Origin: Eledone cirrhosa
Lineage: Eukaryota
Direction: 5' to 3'
DNA: 64,000 nt
NCBI GenBank assembly: GCA_964016885.1
Contig: OZ024742.1
Span: 175,274,001 to 175,338,000, forward strand
Shown: positions 1 through 12,309 of the stretch, piece by piece
How positions within the stretch are numbered: position 1 is the stretch's first letter
Layout: each line of letters starts with the position of its first letter
The notes under the pieces: model-generated
What the model was told of the DNA's origin: nothing
Databases searched by the model: none
The model's input: the letters and a program-made list of their open reading frames with translations, nothing else
Program-made: the position numbers and the translations under genes

Positions 1-3000
1 CATCCCAGGTCATCTTGGGTCTCTCCACTCCGCGGATTCCATCAACTTCTAGTGCTCTGCATATTTTATGCAGCTGTCATCCTTCATACGCATCACATGT
101 CCATACCAGCGCAACCGCCTCTCCTGCACACAGCATTTGATTCCTCTTATGCTCAGTCTCTCTCTCAATTCATTTATGCGTTGTCGTTCACGTATATTAC
201 TGTTACACATCCATCAGAGCATGCAGGCTTCGTTTCTCTCTAATCTACGTAAGTCTTCCACCTTCAGCGCCCAGGTCTCACTTCCATGCAACATTGCTGT
301 TCGGATACACGCATCATACAGTCTGCCTTTCATTCTGAGGGAGAAGCCTTTTGCAGCTAGCAGTGGTAGTAGTTCCCTAAACTTCTTCCATCCCGTTCTT
401 ACCCTAGTTATTCTACTTACCGAACACCCACCTCCACTACTAATTCGGTCACCTAGGTAGCAGAAGCTGTTTACTGTTTCTACAGAGCCCTCCCAGAGAT
501 TGGTGGTACTTGTTTCCTGTGGCTGTTTGGTGCTTGCTGTCCCAGCACAGCTGCTACATGTGAAGCCTACAATCTTAGTTAAGCTTCCTGAGATCCCGCT
601 ACATCTCTTGTATACCCATTGTTTGCATTTGGGGCAGAGAATGGAGTTCCTACCTACACCTTTCCTACATACTGAGCAAGGCCATTTCCCTGAGGGGATC
701 TGGGTTCTGTTTTCTCATCTTCTTACAAGGACCTTAGTCTTTGTCATGTTGACTTTGAGACCTTTTCTTTCTAGTCCCTGCTTCCAAGTTTGGAATTTAT
801 TCTCTAGTTCTAACATAGATTCAGCTATGAGTGCGAGGTCATCAGCATACAGGAGTTCCCATGGGCATCCGGTCTTAAACTCCTCCGTTATTGCCTGCAG
901 GACTATGATGAATAAGAGGGGGCTAAGAACAGAGCCCTGGTGGACCCCAACCTGTACGCTAAATTCCTCGCTATACTCATTGCTAATCCTAACTTTGCTG
1001 AGTGCTCCCCTATACATGGCTTGTACCGCTTTCACAAGCCATTCATCTACTCCTAGTTTTCTAAGAGCCCACCAGATTACAGCACGTGGAACTCTGTCAA
1101 AGGCTTTCTCAAGGTCGACAAATGCCAAGTAGAGTGGCTTACTTTTAGCTAGGTACTTTTCCTGTAATTGCCTCACAAGGAAGAGGGCACCAGTGGTACC
1201 TCTTCCTGGTACAAACCCAAATTGCATCTCGTCTATTTTCACCCGGTCCCTAATCAACTGTGCTATAACTCTTTCTGTTACTTTCATGACCTGGTCCATC
1301 AATTTTATACCTCTATAGTTTCCTCTATCTAGTGCATTGCCTTTACCTTTGTAGCAGTTGACAATGATGCTACTGCACCAATCTTTTGGTATGACACCTT
1401 CTAGTATTACCTGGTTAACAATACGTGTGGTTATAGTGTGACCTACAGACCCAGATGCCTTCAGCATCTCGGCAGCTATACCCGATGGACCGGTTGCCTT
1501 CCCCATCTTCATATCTTTGATTGCCTTACTTACTACGTTGCTGCTGACTTGTACTGCTGGCCCCTCTATAGGATCTAGTTGGGGTAGGGTCTCTTCTTCC
1601 CATGCATTCTCCTCATTTAGTAATCTATCATAATGACTCTTCCATGCATCTTTCTTCTCAGCACTTGTGAGGGCAAGCTCACCTTTATCATTCCGGATAC
1701 ACTTCTCTCCAATGACATCACAACTATCTCTGACACACTGCCTCGCAATCTTGAATACCTCCTGTTTCTGGTCCTCACGTTGCAAAACATGCTTGAATTT
1801 TCTATCCTCTGCTTCCCTCCTAGCTAAGTATACTTGTCGCCTAGCTTCCCTCTTGGTCTCTATGTAATGTACCCTGCTCCACCCGTTTTTCCATTCTTTC
1901 CATGCCTGTCTCTTGGCTTTAACTGCTTCATCTACCTTATTGTTCCACCACCAAGTCACACTCCTCCTGCTTGAGGTCTTACTCCAGCCACATACCTCAT
2001 CCGTCGCTTCTAGTAAATTATTTTTTAGGAACTCCCAGTTCTCTTCCTTAAATGTCTCTATATGTTCTTCTTTACTGTCGTAGGCGTTGAGTAAAATATC
2101 TTTAAATCTGTTACTGGTTGAGGGGACTTTCAGCTTCCAGATCTTTCTTCTCCAGGTTGGCCTCTGTTTTCAGGTTGATCTAGTTCTGACCGTGAGGTTG
2201 CTGACAACTAAGCTATGTTGGGATGTAAATTCCTCACTAGGGAAGGCTTTTGTGTTTACGACCGTCCATCTGTCACGTCCTCTGATGAGGATAAAATCTA
2301 TCTGACTGGAGTGCTCCCCTGATCTATAGCTGATCAGGTGGTTGTCGGGTTTCTTAAAGTTTGTGTTACATATCGACATGTCATTGGCGTCGCAGAATTC
2401 TAGAAGTCTGAATCCTTCCTCATTTCTTGTGCCAACCCCATGGCCTCCATGTACTCTATTGAAACCATCGCAGTGTTTACCTACATGTCCGTTAAAATCT
2501 CCTGCGATGATTAGGAAGTCATTGTCGTCTGTTAGAGCAGTAGTGTGCATTAAGGACTCGTAAAACATAACCTTAAGTTCGTCTGGCAGCCCCGATTGGG
2601 GTGCGTAAGCTGATATTATGGTTGTAATTGTTTTATTCAGGACTAGTCTGAGTTTAATGATTCTTGCATTTACCCTGTACACTGAGATTACTTTATCTAC
2701 CCACTTGTCAGCTAGTAGTATACCTACACCACCCATCCCATCATCATTTCCCACCCAGAAAAATTTGTAGCACCGACTTTTTCCTACCAGGACTCTGGCA
2801 GACTCTCCTCTCCATTTAGTCTCTTGCACACAGCATACATCAATTTCCTTTCGCTCTAGCATTTCTACGATTTCTCCTGCTCTTCCTTTCATTGAGCCTA
2901 CATTGATGGTACCAACTCGGAGTTTTGGGCATTTGTCGACACTCGTAGGGAAAAGTCTCGGGGTTGGCGCTTCACATGAATGCTTGGTAGCTCACAGATT

Positions 3001-3003
3001 CAT
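1..3003 (-). pseudogene. Disrupted APE-RT-PHD ORF of RTE subfamily 1
   Basis: Single frame from ATG at 3003 with TGA stops at 2992-2994, 2170-2172, 715-717 and ~214-216; colinear with ORF 58837..62124. Confidence 0.9.
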
Positions 3004-3264
3004 ATTTCATCTATTGATTCAGAGTTGCTCAAATTTATTCTCAGCTCATCCATCCATAACGGTGGGAAAATTGAGGGCTAGAAGAACAGTGGTGGTGGGA
3101 TAATGGCAGGGTGTGTTGGGCTGTGACAGGGGAGGAGAAAGTTAGTTAGGTAGTAGTAGTAGTAGTAGTAGCAGTAGCAGCAGTAGAAATGGCATGCTGA
3201 GGTTTGATTGGTCGAATAGGCTAGGGTGGGTGGGAGGAAAATTGTGAGGTGGGCACTGAGGGTC

Positions 3265-3691
3265 GCCGTCAAGGCTAACAGACTTAAATAACCGATAGAT
3301 TAGAATACCGCATGGTAAATATCCGAAATAATACAGCAAAAACAGTAATAATATTAAAAATAATAGCGTCATAAGAGCTAAGATACCTTCGAAAATTTGT
3401 ATGAATGGGTGGCTGGAACGAATCCAAATCAACTCTAGTGATCCATTTTAGCAGATAAGGATAAAGTGTCTCATCTCTTCAATAGCTTCAAGATGAGTGA
3501 GGTGGAATGGGCGAAAGGGAGGTTATGGGTGGCTTAGAGATAGATAGAGATAGGGTAGCCGTCAAGGCTAACAAACTTAAATGACCGATAGATTACAATA
3601 CCGCGTGGTAAATATCTAAAATAATACAGCAAAAACAACAATAATATTAATAATAATAGCGTCATAAGAGCTAAGATACCTTCGAATATTT
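3265..3691 (-). repeat. 5' tandem monomer of RTE subfamily 1 (293-bp unit plus partial second unit)
   Basis: gccgtcaaggctaac...gctaagataccttcgaa occurs at 3265 and again at 3558. Confidence 0.9.
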
Positions 3692-3734
3692 AAATATATA
3701 TATATATTTTATATATATATATATATATATTTAT

Positions 3735-3935
3735 TCTTTTTTTTATAGAAATGACTTCTACAGGACTGGAACTGTTTCATTCCTAAGAACTCACCAGGAA
3801 ATCTTTTGAATGAAACAGTTTTGATCCCGCAGAGATCCTATCTATAAAAAAAATAAAGGTGCCTATACTCAATCATATTATCGAGTACCTTTTTTTAACT
3901 ATGGTTAACTACTGATATACATCAGGAATCCATTA
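3735..3935 (-). mobile_element. Short fold-back element with decayed hammerhead motif (Penelope-like remnant)
   Basis: Inverted arms aactgtttcattc / gaatgaaacagtt. Minus strand reads CTGGTGA-GTTC-ttag-GAAT-GAAAC...GTC. Confidence 0.5.
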
Positions 3936-4262
3936 TTTTATATGTATATCTCTCTCTCTTTCTCTCTCTCTCTATATATATATATATTCATAAATATAAA
4001 TGGAAAAAATGAAATTTCATTTCTCACTCTTAGTACGGCTGATACTTAAATATAAGTATGTATACGTACATACATATATGTATACAGACGTACAGTAGTA
4101 TGTATATATATATACACATAGATACACACATATATATATGTACGCATGGGTTTACCAAACATTTATTATAATGCTCGGTTTGTTTGTAAACAAACAGCCC
4201 AAATTATGGCCATACAGTGTTTGGCAACCATCGTTGCCATTTTGTTCAACACTGACAAAGGA

Positions 4263-4305
4263 ACGATGAACTAGTTTCTAGCTTATTAGCTGCCATCAGC
4301 ACCAT
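4263..4305 (-). ncRNA. Minimal type I hammerhead ribozyme-like motif (core A9>G)
   Basis: Minus strand: ATGGTG-CTGATGG-CAGCT aata AGCTA-GAAAC-TA-GTT-CATCGT; palindromic stem III AACTAGTT. Confidence 0.65.
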
Positions 4306-4642
4306 ATACTTTCCTGTCAGTTGATTGAACATTTGAAAATATATATGCAAATTAGGCTGCTCAGCCATTAATATGCATAAGGAAAGTATATACTTATATA
4401 TATGTGTGCATGTATATACATACTACTGTATGTATGTATACATATATGTATGTACGTATACATATTTATATTTAAGTATCAGCCATACTAAGAGTGAGAA
4501 ATGAAATTCATTTTTTCCATTTATCGTTTTTGGTACGTCCAGCCGACTAACTCACTTGATATGCAAATTAGGCTGCTCAGCCGTTAATATGCATAAGGAA
4601 AGTATATACTTTCAAACGTTTAATCAACTGACAGAAAGGTAT

Positions 4643-4685
4643 ACGGTGCTGATGACAGCTAATAAGCTAGAAACTAATTCATTGT
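4643..4685 (+). ncRNA. Minimal type I hammerhead ribozyme-like motif (mutated stem III)
   Basis: ACGGTG-CTGATGA-CAGCT aata AGCTA-GAAAC-TAATT-CATTGT; stem I ACGGTG/CATTGT, stem II AGCT/AGCT. Confidence 0.65.
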
Positions 4686-5434
4686 GCCTTTGTCAGTGTT
4701 GAACAAAATGGCAACGATTGTTGCCGAACACTGTACGGCTAATAATTCAGGCTGTTTGTTTACAAACAAACCGAGCATTATATTAAATGTTCGGTAAACC
4801 CATACGTACATATATATATGTGTGCATATATGCATATACATACTACTGTAAGCCTGTATACATATATGTATGTACGTATATATACTTATATTCATAAATA
4901 TAGATATATACAGTAGTATATACATACTACTGTATGTCTGTATACATATATGTATGTACGTATACATACTTATATTCATAAATATAGATATATATATATA
5001 TTGTCTATGGGATAAATTTTCATTTTAAAATTCTTTTAGTGCATATTGAACATTACATATGTGTCACCCGTGGTTGACTCAAGGTCTTTAATGATTAAGG
5101 CATCACTTGAGTAACTTGCACATACATATATTTGCTTGCTTCCCGTAACATACCAGTTTAACTTTAAAAAAACACCTAAGTCCATTTACATTTGTACAGA
5201 AGCATAGCTGCAGTCTAATGAATATGAGCAGTAAAAGACATACACAATAGAAAAATAGATAAGCCAAGTGAAAGATTTATACATATATTTATCAGAACTT
5301 CATATGTGTAAAGTAAATGAAACAACTGTGAAAAGAGTTTTTATGATTTTTTGTTTCTTTGCATTCTTGTTTTATGTTTTCCTGTTGCACTAAGAGATTG
5401 TCACGGGACTTTCATTTTTATTATGAATCATAGT

Positions 5435-5600
5435 AAGACCATGAAAAACATGGGTCGAGGTGGTGAGATCTGACCTCAGATCGCTGAAGCTCACAGAGAA
5501 GATGACAAGGGACCATGATGAATGGAGAGATGCTGTGCGTAAGAGGACCCATCTCACCCTTGCAAGCAGGGAAAAGGGGACGTAGAATGACGATGATGAT
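5435..5600 (+). mobile_element. 3' end fragment of an RTE LINE (same family as 53725-54588)
   Basis: Matches 54420-54585: gacctcagatcgctgaagctcac...agcagggaaaag, then (GAT)n. Confidence 0.8.
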
Positions 5601-5639
5601 ACATTAAGGTATTTGTACTTAGAATCATGTAATTACTAA

Positions 5640-7197
5640 CTCAATAACTTAACACCCAGCTATAAAGCTAAGACCAAATAAAGAGTAAGCCAGCATCTTA
5701 ACCTGATAGCTATTGAGCAAGGATCATCTATCTAGGATCAGTACCTTAACCTCACAGCTATAAAGCTAGGATCATGCAACCTAGTACCTTAACCTCACAA
5801 CTATAGAGCTAGGATTATGTAAGTAGTAACCTAACATCTTATCCTCACAGATATAGGGCTAGCATCATTTAATTAGTAATCCAGTATCTTCACCTTAGCC
5901 ATAGAGCTAGCATCTGGTCAAAAGTAAACCAAAACCTTAACTTCACACCTATAGAGCTTAGATCATGTCAATAATAACCCAAAACGTTGACCTCACAGTT
6001 ACAGAGCTGGGACCATGTAATTAGAAACCCAGTATTTTAACTTTATAATTATAGAGCTAAAATTATGTGAGTAGGAACCCAAAATGTCACTGATATGGAG
6101 CTGGGATCATGGAATCAGTAACCTAAAAACTTAACCACACAGCTAGAGCTAAGATTATGTAACAAGTAACCCAGTACCTTAACCTCACAGCCTTCTACGT
6201 TCTGTCCACCGGGTCTGTGGGGAGGCCACCATTATAATTGACTGACTTGTCATTTTATCAGTCACTTAACAAATGTTCTTACATAGTCTTGAACTTCTCA
6301 GTATTAGCCACTGAAACACTTGTTAATTTCACTGTATTCCTGTTACCTCACAGCTATAGATCATGTAACAAGTAACCCAGTGCCTTAACCATACAGCTAG
6401 AGCTAAGATCATGTAAATAATAACCTGGTACCCTAACTTCAGAGTTATAGAGCTAGGATCATGTAAATAGTAACCCAGTATCTTAACCTCAGAGTTATAG
6501 AGCTAGGATCACGTAAATAGTAACTCAATGTCTTATCGTCACAGTTATAGAGCTAGGATCATGTAAATAGTAACCCAGTATCTTAACCTCACAGTTATAG
6601 AGCTAAGATCACGTAAATAGTAACTCAGTACTTTCACCATACGGGCATAGAGCTAGGATCTGGTCAATAGTAACCCAAGACCTTAACTTCATAGCTATAG
6701 AGCTTGATTATGTCAATAGTAACCCAACATGTTAACCTCACAGTTACAGAGCTGCGACCATGTGAATAGGAACCCAACACATCACAGATATGGAGCTGAC
6801 ATCATGGATTCAGTAACATAACAGCTTAACCTTTCAGTTTTAGAGCTAGGATCATTTATTTAACAACCTGGTACTTTAACCTCACAGCTACAGAGCTAGG
6901 ATCATGTAACTAGTAACCTTAACTCTAACCTCACAACTATAGAGCTAACATCATATAAATAGTAACCCAACATCTTAACATCACAGCTATAGAGCCAGGA
7001 TTATGACAATATTAACCCAGTACATTAACCTCACATCTTTAGAGCAAGGAACATATAATTATTCACCAAGTATCTTAACCTCACAGCTATAGAGTTTTGA
7101 CCTTTTAATTACTAGCCTATTTTATTAACTTCACAGCTATAGAGCTAGGATCATGTATTTAGTAACCCAGTATCTTAATTTCACAGCTATGGAGCTA
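5640..7197. repeat. 50-bp minisatellite array, interrupted by an insertion
   Basis: Unit aacctcacagctatagagctaggatcatgtaaatagtaacccagtatctt; agcta(g/a)gatc recurs at 6451, 6501, 6551, 6601, 6651. Confidence 0.95.
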
Positions 7198-7589
7198 CTG
7201 TTTTTGGCTTTAGCTTTAATTAGTGAGTGAGAATTTATTTAATTTAATGGTATCTTAGATAATTCCATCAGCTAATTACTTTATTTTGACACCAGGGTGA
7301 GGATGTGGAATGATATTTTAGCTGCTGACTGCTACTGCAGGTATTGTTTGCCCACCACAAGCCATTAAGCCGATTAGATCTGAATATCAATTGACATAAT
7401 CAAATTTCAACAAATACTAATCATATTGGTTTACTTATTCAACATTATATAAGATTTGATAAACAGCTAGAGGAACCATACTAATGCACTTCTTGCCAGA
7501 ATATCTCATACAAAATATGTTCTGCATTATTGAAATGGGGAGAGGTCATTAGTTTTACATATTGATTGTTTTCTTAGTAAGTTGATATC

Positions 7590-8030
7590 TAGGAATATAG
7601 AATCGCTGTAAAATTCTAGTACTGGTGCCACAATAATATGCACCTCCTATATCCTGTAAAGTGGTAATGCAGCTGCCATGGTAAAATCCACCCAGTACAC
7701 TCTGTAAAGTGGTACTATTGATACCACAATAAAAAGCACCTAGTACACTCTGTAAAGTGGTATTTATAGTGCCATGATAAAATGCTTGCAGTTCACTTTG
7801 TAAAGTGGTAGTGGTGGTGTCAAAATAAAATGCCTCCAATACATTCTGCATATTGGTAGTGTTAGTGTAAAGTGGTTGAATTTAGAATAATCATTCAGCT
7901 GTAAAAATCATACCAAAATATGGAACTTATGAACAAGATGTTTTTCTTTCATTAGTCTCGTCTGAAATTGTGATCACTAATCTAACTCAAGCTGGCATGG
8001 AAAGTAGACATAAAAAATGATGATGATGAT
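7590..8030 (+). mobile_element. RTE-3'UTR-derived element with expanded ~48-bp repeat and (GAT)n tail
   Basis: aaaagcacccagtacactctgtaaagtgg-type unit at ~48-bp spacing, ending gctggcatggaaagtagacataaaaaatgatgatgat. Confidence 0.7.
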
Positions 8031-8646
8031 TTCAAAATAGTAATACGCAGGTAAAATATATTAGAAATTAATATATTTGGATTATACAAACAAAAATAAG
8101 ATTTTCTTAATATAATGGAAAGAGTATTAAATAATATGGATACCAGTGGCTTTAATCTGTAAATTGGAATATATAATTATAGCATATTTGTTTAGTGTGT
8201 ATATATATATATGACATGGTAGGCATTTAAGATACGCTCTTCAAATTCTCACTAATCATTATCATATATCCTTATATCCTATGAGAAATATAATATTGAA
8301 ATTGCTTCTGCTTCCTCTTTCTAGGATATCTGTACATTTACACACAATCCATTAGGTCTTAACAAGGGGCTTGAGGTGGGTAATGGTTGGTTATAATGGA
8401 TGGTATTTTGTTTAGAGTTTGCAAAAGCAAGTAACAATGCATTCTATACACACACAAGCTCACAGAGAATATTTGTAGTTTTAAAAGGTCTACATACAAT
8501 ATTTACAGATACATATAGTAAGTAAAATCAATTAGAGTATTTATAGGTTGATAAAAGATAGTACCAGGAATGCACTGTGGGAGATTTAATCGACTCCCCC
8601 CTCTAAAAAATAAAAAAGAATTGCTGGATTTGTGCCAACATCAGAA

Positions 8647-8678
<32 letters not shown>

Positions 8679-9059
8679 TTCAATCATCCCACCATGTCTC
8701 AGCAAAGCTAGAGAGCCTCACACATTTTATTGTGTCAGCCTTACTAAAGGTGAACATTATTTAATGTGATTATAGCTTGGATAATTAGATATCAATGCAC
8801 CGGATTTGACCATATTTCGAAGAAACAATGTAGAATATTGAGAAGACATCTCACCCATGAGATAAAGCTGATTTCTTTCTACTGTTTATGTTCCAAATAT
8901 GAAAAGATTCTATCGCCAGTCCTCTAAACAGTGTTTTTTCATTAACGTAAGCACCCCTCATTCATGAACATGAATGATCAACGTTTTGCACATAGAAAGT
9001 CTTTTTGTGAGGAATCTACCCATGAAATGGTGGCCATTCACAAATTATTGTCTCACAAG

Positions 9060-9362
9060 CAACACATTATATTCCTACATCTCACACACTACAGTGTCAC
9101 CAATAGCACACTATATTTCCACAACACACTACAGTTTCCCCAACAACACACACACACACACACTACAGTCTCACCAACAACACACACACAATACAATCTC
9201 ACCAACACCATATTATATTCCCACAACACACACAAACACACATTGTATTCTCACCGACACACTATATTCCCTTATCTCACACACACTACAGTAACACCAA
9301 CAACACACTATATTCCCACATCTCACACACACACTACACTAACACCAACAACACAGTATAAC
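9060..9362. repeat. CA-rich low-complexity / degenerate minisatellite
   Basis: Recurrent caacacac(ac)tatattccc and cactacag motifs. Confidence 0.8.
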
Positions 9363-10970
9363 CCAGCATCTTGCCTAGAAAGCTATAGTGTCCAGCAATA
9401 CATTTTAATATTTTAAACATCAGATTTACTTTGCCTCTCAAATAGGAAAGCTATTGCTTGTTGATACATAGCAAGTTGGAATTTTTATTATCAGAGATAA
9501 TGTCACCTTTTTAATCTGATTTGACTATTTTGAAGGATTCTAACTGTACAGTAAACTATTTCTTTTTAATATCATACAATCTGTGTGAATGGAAGCAAAT
9601 TAGCTGCCCATTCTGCATTAAGATAGAACCTATTGATAAAATAGATGTGCTTCCAGATTAAATAGTGAACCAGTTGTTGGAAGCGGTGAAGAAGCTGACA
9701 GAACACTGTCTTTCTTTTTCTTAATTGCTTCAAGACATTCAGCTGACAATGGAAAATGTTGACATTGTTAAGCTTCATAGAAGAGGGCTGCAAATTCAGC
9801 AAAATATTTTATTCAGTTTGAATAACATACAATTAACCCAATGAAATGCTAATATTCCTTGGTATTTTCAGTACCAGAAAGACCAAGTAAAAACCTGAAG
9901 TCTGTTAAGGTTTGGCAGCATCTTCACATCTATAAAAATCTGGCCTAGAAATGAGAATTCTTTCACATTATATTTACAATCGTTTAAAGTTGAGTGAGAT
10001 AACATTTGAGGAAAAACTTGCATATATTCCCCATGGATCTTCGTATCTTCTCTACATAACATCCACATAATCAAAGTAGTAGGCTACCCACTTTTAATTA
10101 TTTTGTTTCTTTCATTAGATCATCCTTAGTTTCTATTGCTCCCATTAAGCATTAGGTGATGATAGATCTCCATTCCACTTGGTTGCAAACCTTGTCACAG
10201 GCCTGCCACAAGGCCACCTATATGCTCATCCTTGCTGTAACAATTTAGGAAAATTTTACTGGGGATGCACTAATAAGCAGATTGGCTTATACCAATTAAT
10301 CAGCCACAAATCATCTTTAAAGTAATTTGTATTGTGATATGAAAAAACATGTAAATAATACTTTATATTTCATAATTAATCACAATTATGTAGCTATTAT
10401 TTGAGAGGACATGATGAAAAAATTTGACAATTTTTATTATATGAGGTAACATATACAAGCTTACAACAAATCAGTTGATCTCTAGAAATTGAGAAATTTA
10501 CAAGTACTTAAATTTGATCGATAAATTTTATTCATTCTTTTAGTAAATTAAGATGACAGGCATTATCATTACTGAAAAACATTTGAATGTTGTTAGATAA
10601 ACTTGTAATTTAAAAATTCTTTTTTAAAAGATCAGTTAAATACATATCTCCTGTGGGTAGATGGGTCATTCTTCTACTTTGACATCCTACTGGAATTTAA
10701 ACCCCCTTGGCAGTCACAATAATTTTTCCCTTGTGAAGATCAGTATTATAAAGCACTAGTGGGCTTAGATGCTATGTCCTTGGAAATAATATCTGTTTTT
10801 CATGTATTTCTACATGTTGAGTCCAATGTGTTTTGCAAATTTTTCTGTCATCCACGGGTTTCTGCTACAAAACAATAATATACAACTATCAATCAATGCT
10901 TACATAAAATATACATGTTTAATGTTCAATAAAAATTGCTATAGATTTAGAAGAAAAAAATATGCATTTA

Positions 10971-11321
10971 CATCATCATCATCATCATCATCATCATCAT
11001 TATTTTAGGTCCACTTTTCCCTGCTTGGAAAGGGTGGGACAGGAACTGACTCTGGCTTGATTTCTACAGCTGGATGCCGTTCCTAACACCAACCTCATTT
11101 ACAGTGAGTGCTGGGTGCTTTTTTGCCGTGGCACCTCCATGACCACTTTGTAGTGGAATGATATGGACCCCAGTCCCTATCATTTCATTTCTACAGCTGA
11201 GTAAACTGGAGCAATGTGAAATAAAGTGTCTTGTTCAATGAAACAACACATCACCCGGTCTGAGAATTCAACTCACAACCTTTCGATTGCAAGCCCAATG
11301 CTCTAACCACTAAGCCATGTG

Positions 11322-11324
<3 letters not shown>
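10971..11324 (-). mobile_element. tRNA-derived SINE family A (RTE-type tail)
   Basis: Reverse complement of 24942-25278; followed by a long (TA)n(TG)n. Confidence 0.9.
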
Positions 11325-11413
<89 letters not shown>

Positions 11414-12001
11414 GTGTGTGTGTGTGTGTGTGTGTGTATGCGTGTGTGTGTATGTGTTTTATTTATTCCATGAGAAAATCTCACTGCAATACATTAGTTA
11501 ACGAAGAAGCTTGTGTTACATCTTTAAATTGAAAAAAAAAATACATCTTTTATTATTAAGGCAAAAACTGCTGCGGAAATAGCCAGAACATATTGTATTT
11601 ACAGGAAAGAACAGAATAGAATTAAAAAAAAAAAAAAAAAAATGTGGGTAATAAAATAAAAGGAGAAAACAAAAGTATAATACATCCAGACGACATATTA
11701 CCATCAGAAAAAAACTTGAGTAATATTGGCAAAAAAATAAAAACTACCCAAAATGACAAAATACCCACCTATTGATGTGATGTGTAAAACCTAGATAGAA
11801 TTTATTTATCGAGCTTTGCATGGCTTCTCCAGCAATATAGTTTCTGTAACAGGATTTCAAAAACGAAAAAGAGACAATTACCAAAAGAAAAAAATATTTC
11901 TTTCTTTATTTATATATTATTTATGTTATTTATTCAAGCTTTATTCATATTTATATATTCACCACCATAACGAAATCTACTTAGAACAGGCAATGCAGCA
12001 C

Positions 12002-12061
<60 letters not shown>

Positions 12062-12309
12062 GCACAAATATGTATAATGTATATGTAGCACAAATATGTA
12101 TAATGTATATGTGTGTAGGAAGCTGTGACAGTAATTTATAGGTTATTAATTCTCCAATAAACCAAAACTACATATATACCCAAACATATATATACACATT
12201 CAAACACATGAACATACACACACATATATATTATATATACATATATATATACATATACATTCATATATATATATATACACACACACATATATGTATGTAC
12301 ATATATATA

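Larger units (their letters stand above)
1..3691 (-). mobile_element. RTE-clade LINE, subfamily 1, near full length (3' end runs off the window start), inactivated by in-frame stops
   Basis: ORF 2170..2892 has APE motifs (VQETKW, SAYAPQ, GDFNGH, IDFIL, SQH). ORF 715..1959 has RT motifs (QFGF, FVDLEKAFDRV, GVHQGSVLSP, YADD). Both are in one frame, which continues into a Cys/His finger and HGSETW. The 5' region has a 293-bp repeat and abuts (TA)n. Confidence 0.95.
3997..4990. mobile_element. Complex inverted/direct repeat element with two type I hammerhead ribozyme motifs (Penelope-like pseudo-LTR remnant)
   Basis: 3997-4110 is inverted at 4400-4523; 4140-4340 is inverted at 4610-4810; 4345-4395 is repeated directly at 4560-4610. 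HHR cores at 4263-4305 (-) and 4643-4685 (+). Confidence 0.75.

Noticed and set aside
5640-7197. CRISPR-like array
   Set aside because: Contiguous tandem units without unique spacers, in a eukaryotic context with no cas genes.
9540-10080. Coding-like sequence (also 41590-41940, 42240-42540, 49120-49380)
   Set aside because: Stops in the frames examined and no recognisable family; would need translated homology searches.
11317-11532. YI/CV-repeat ORFs (also 23396-23757, 44537-44800, 45332-45631)
   Set aside because: Translations of (TA)n/(TG)n microsatellites.
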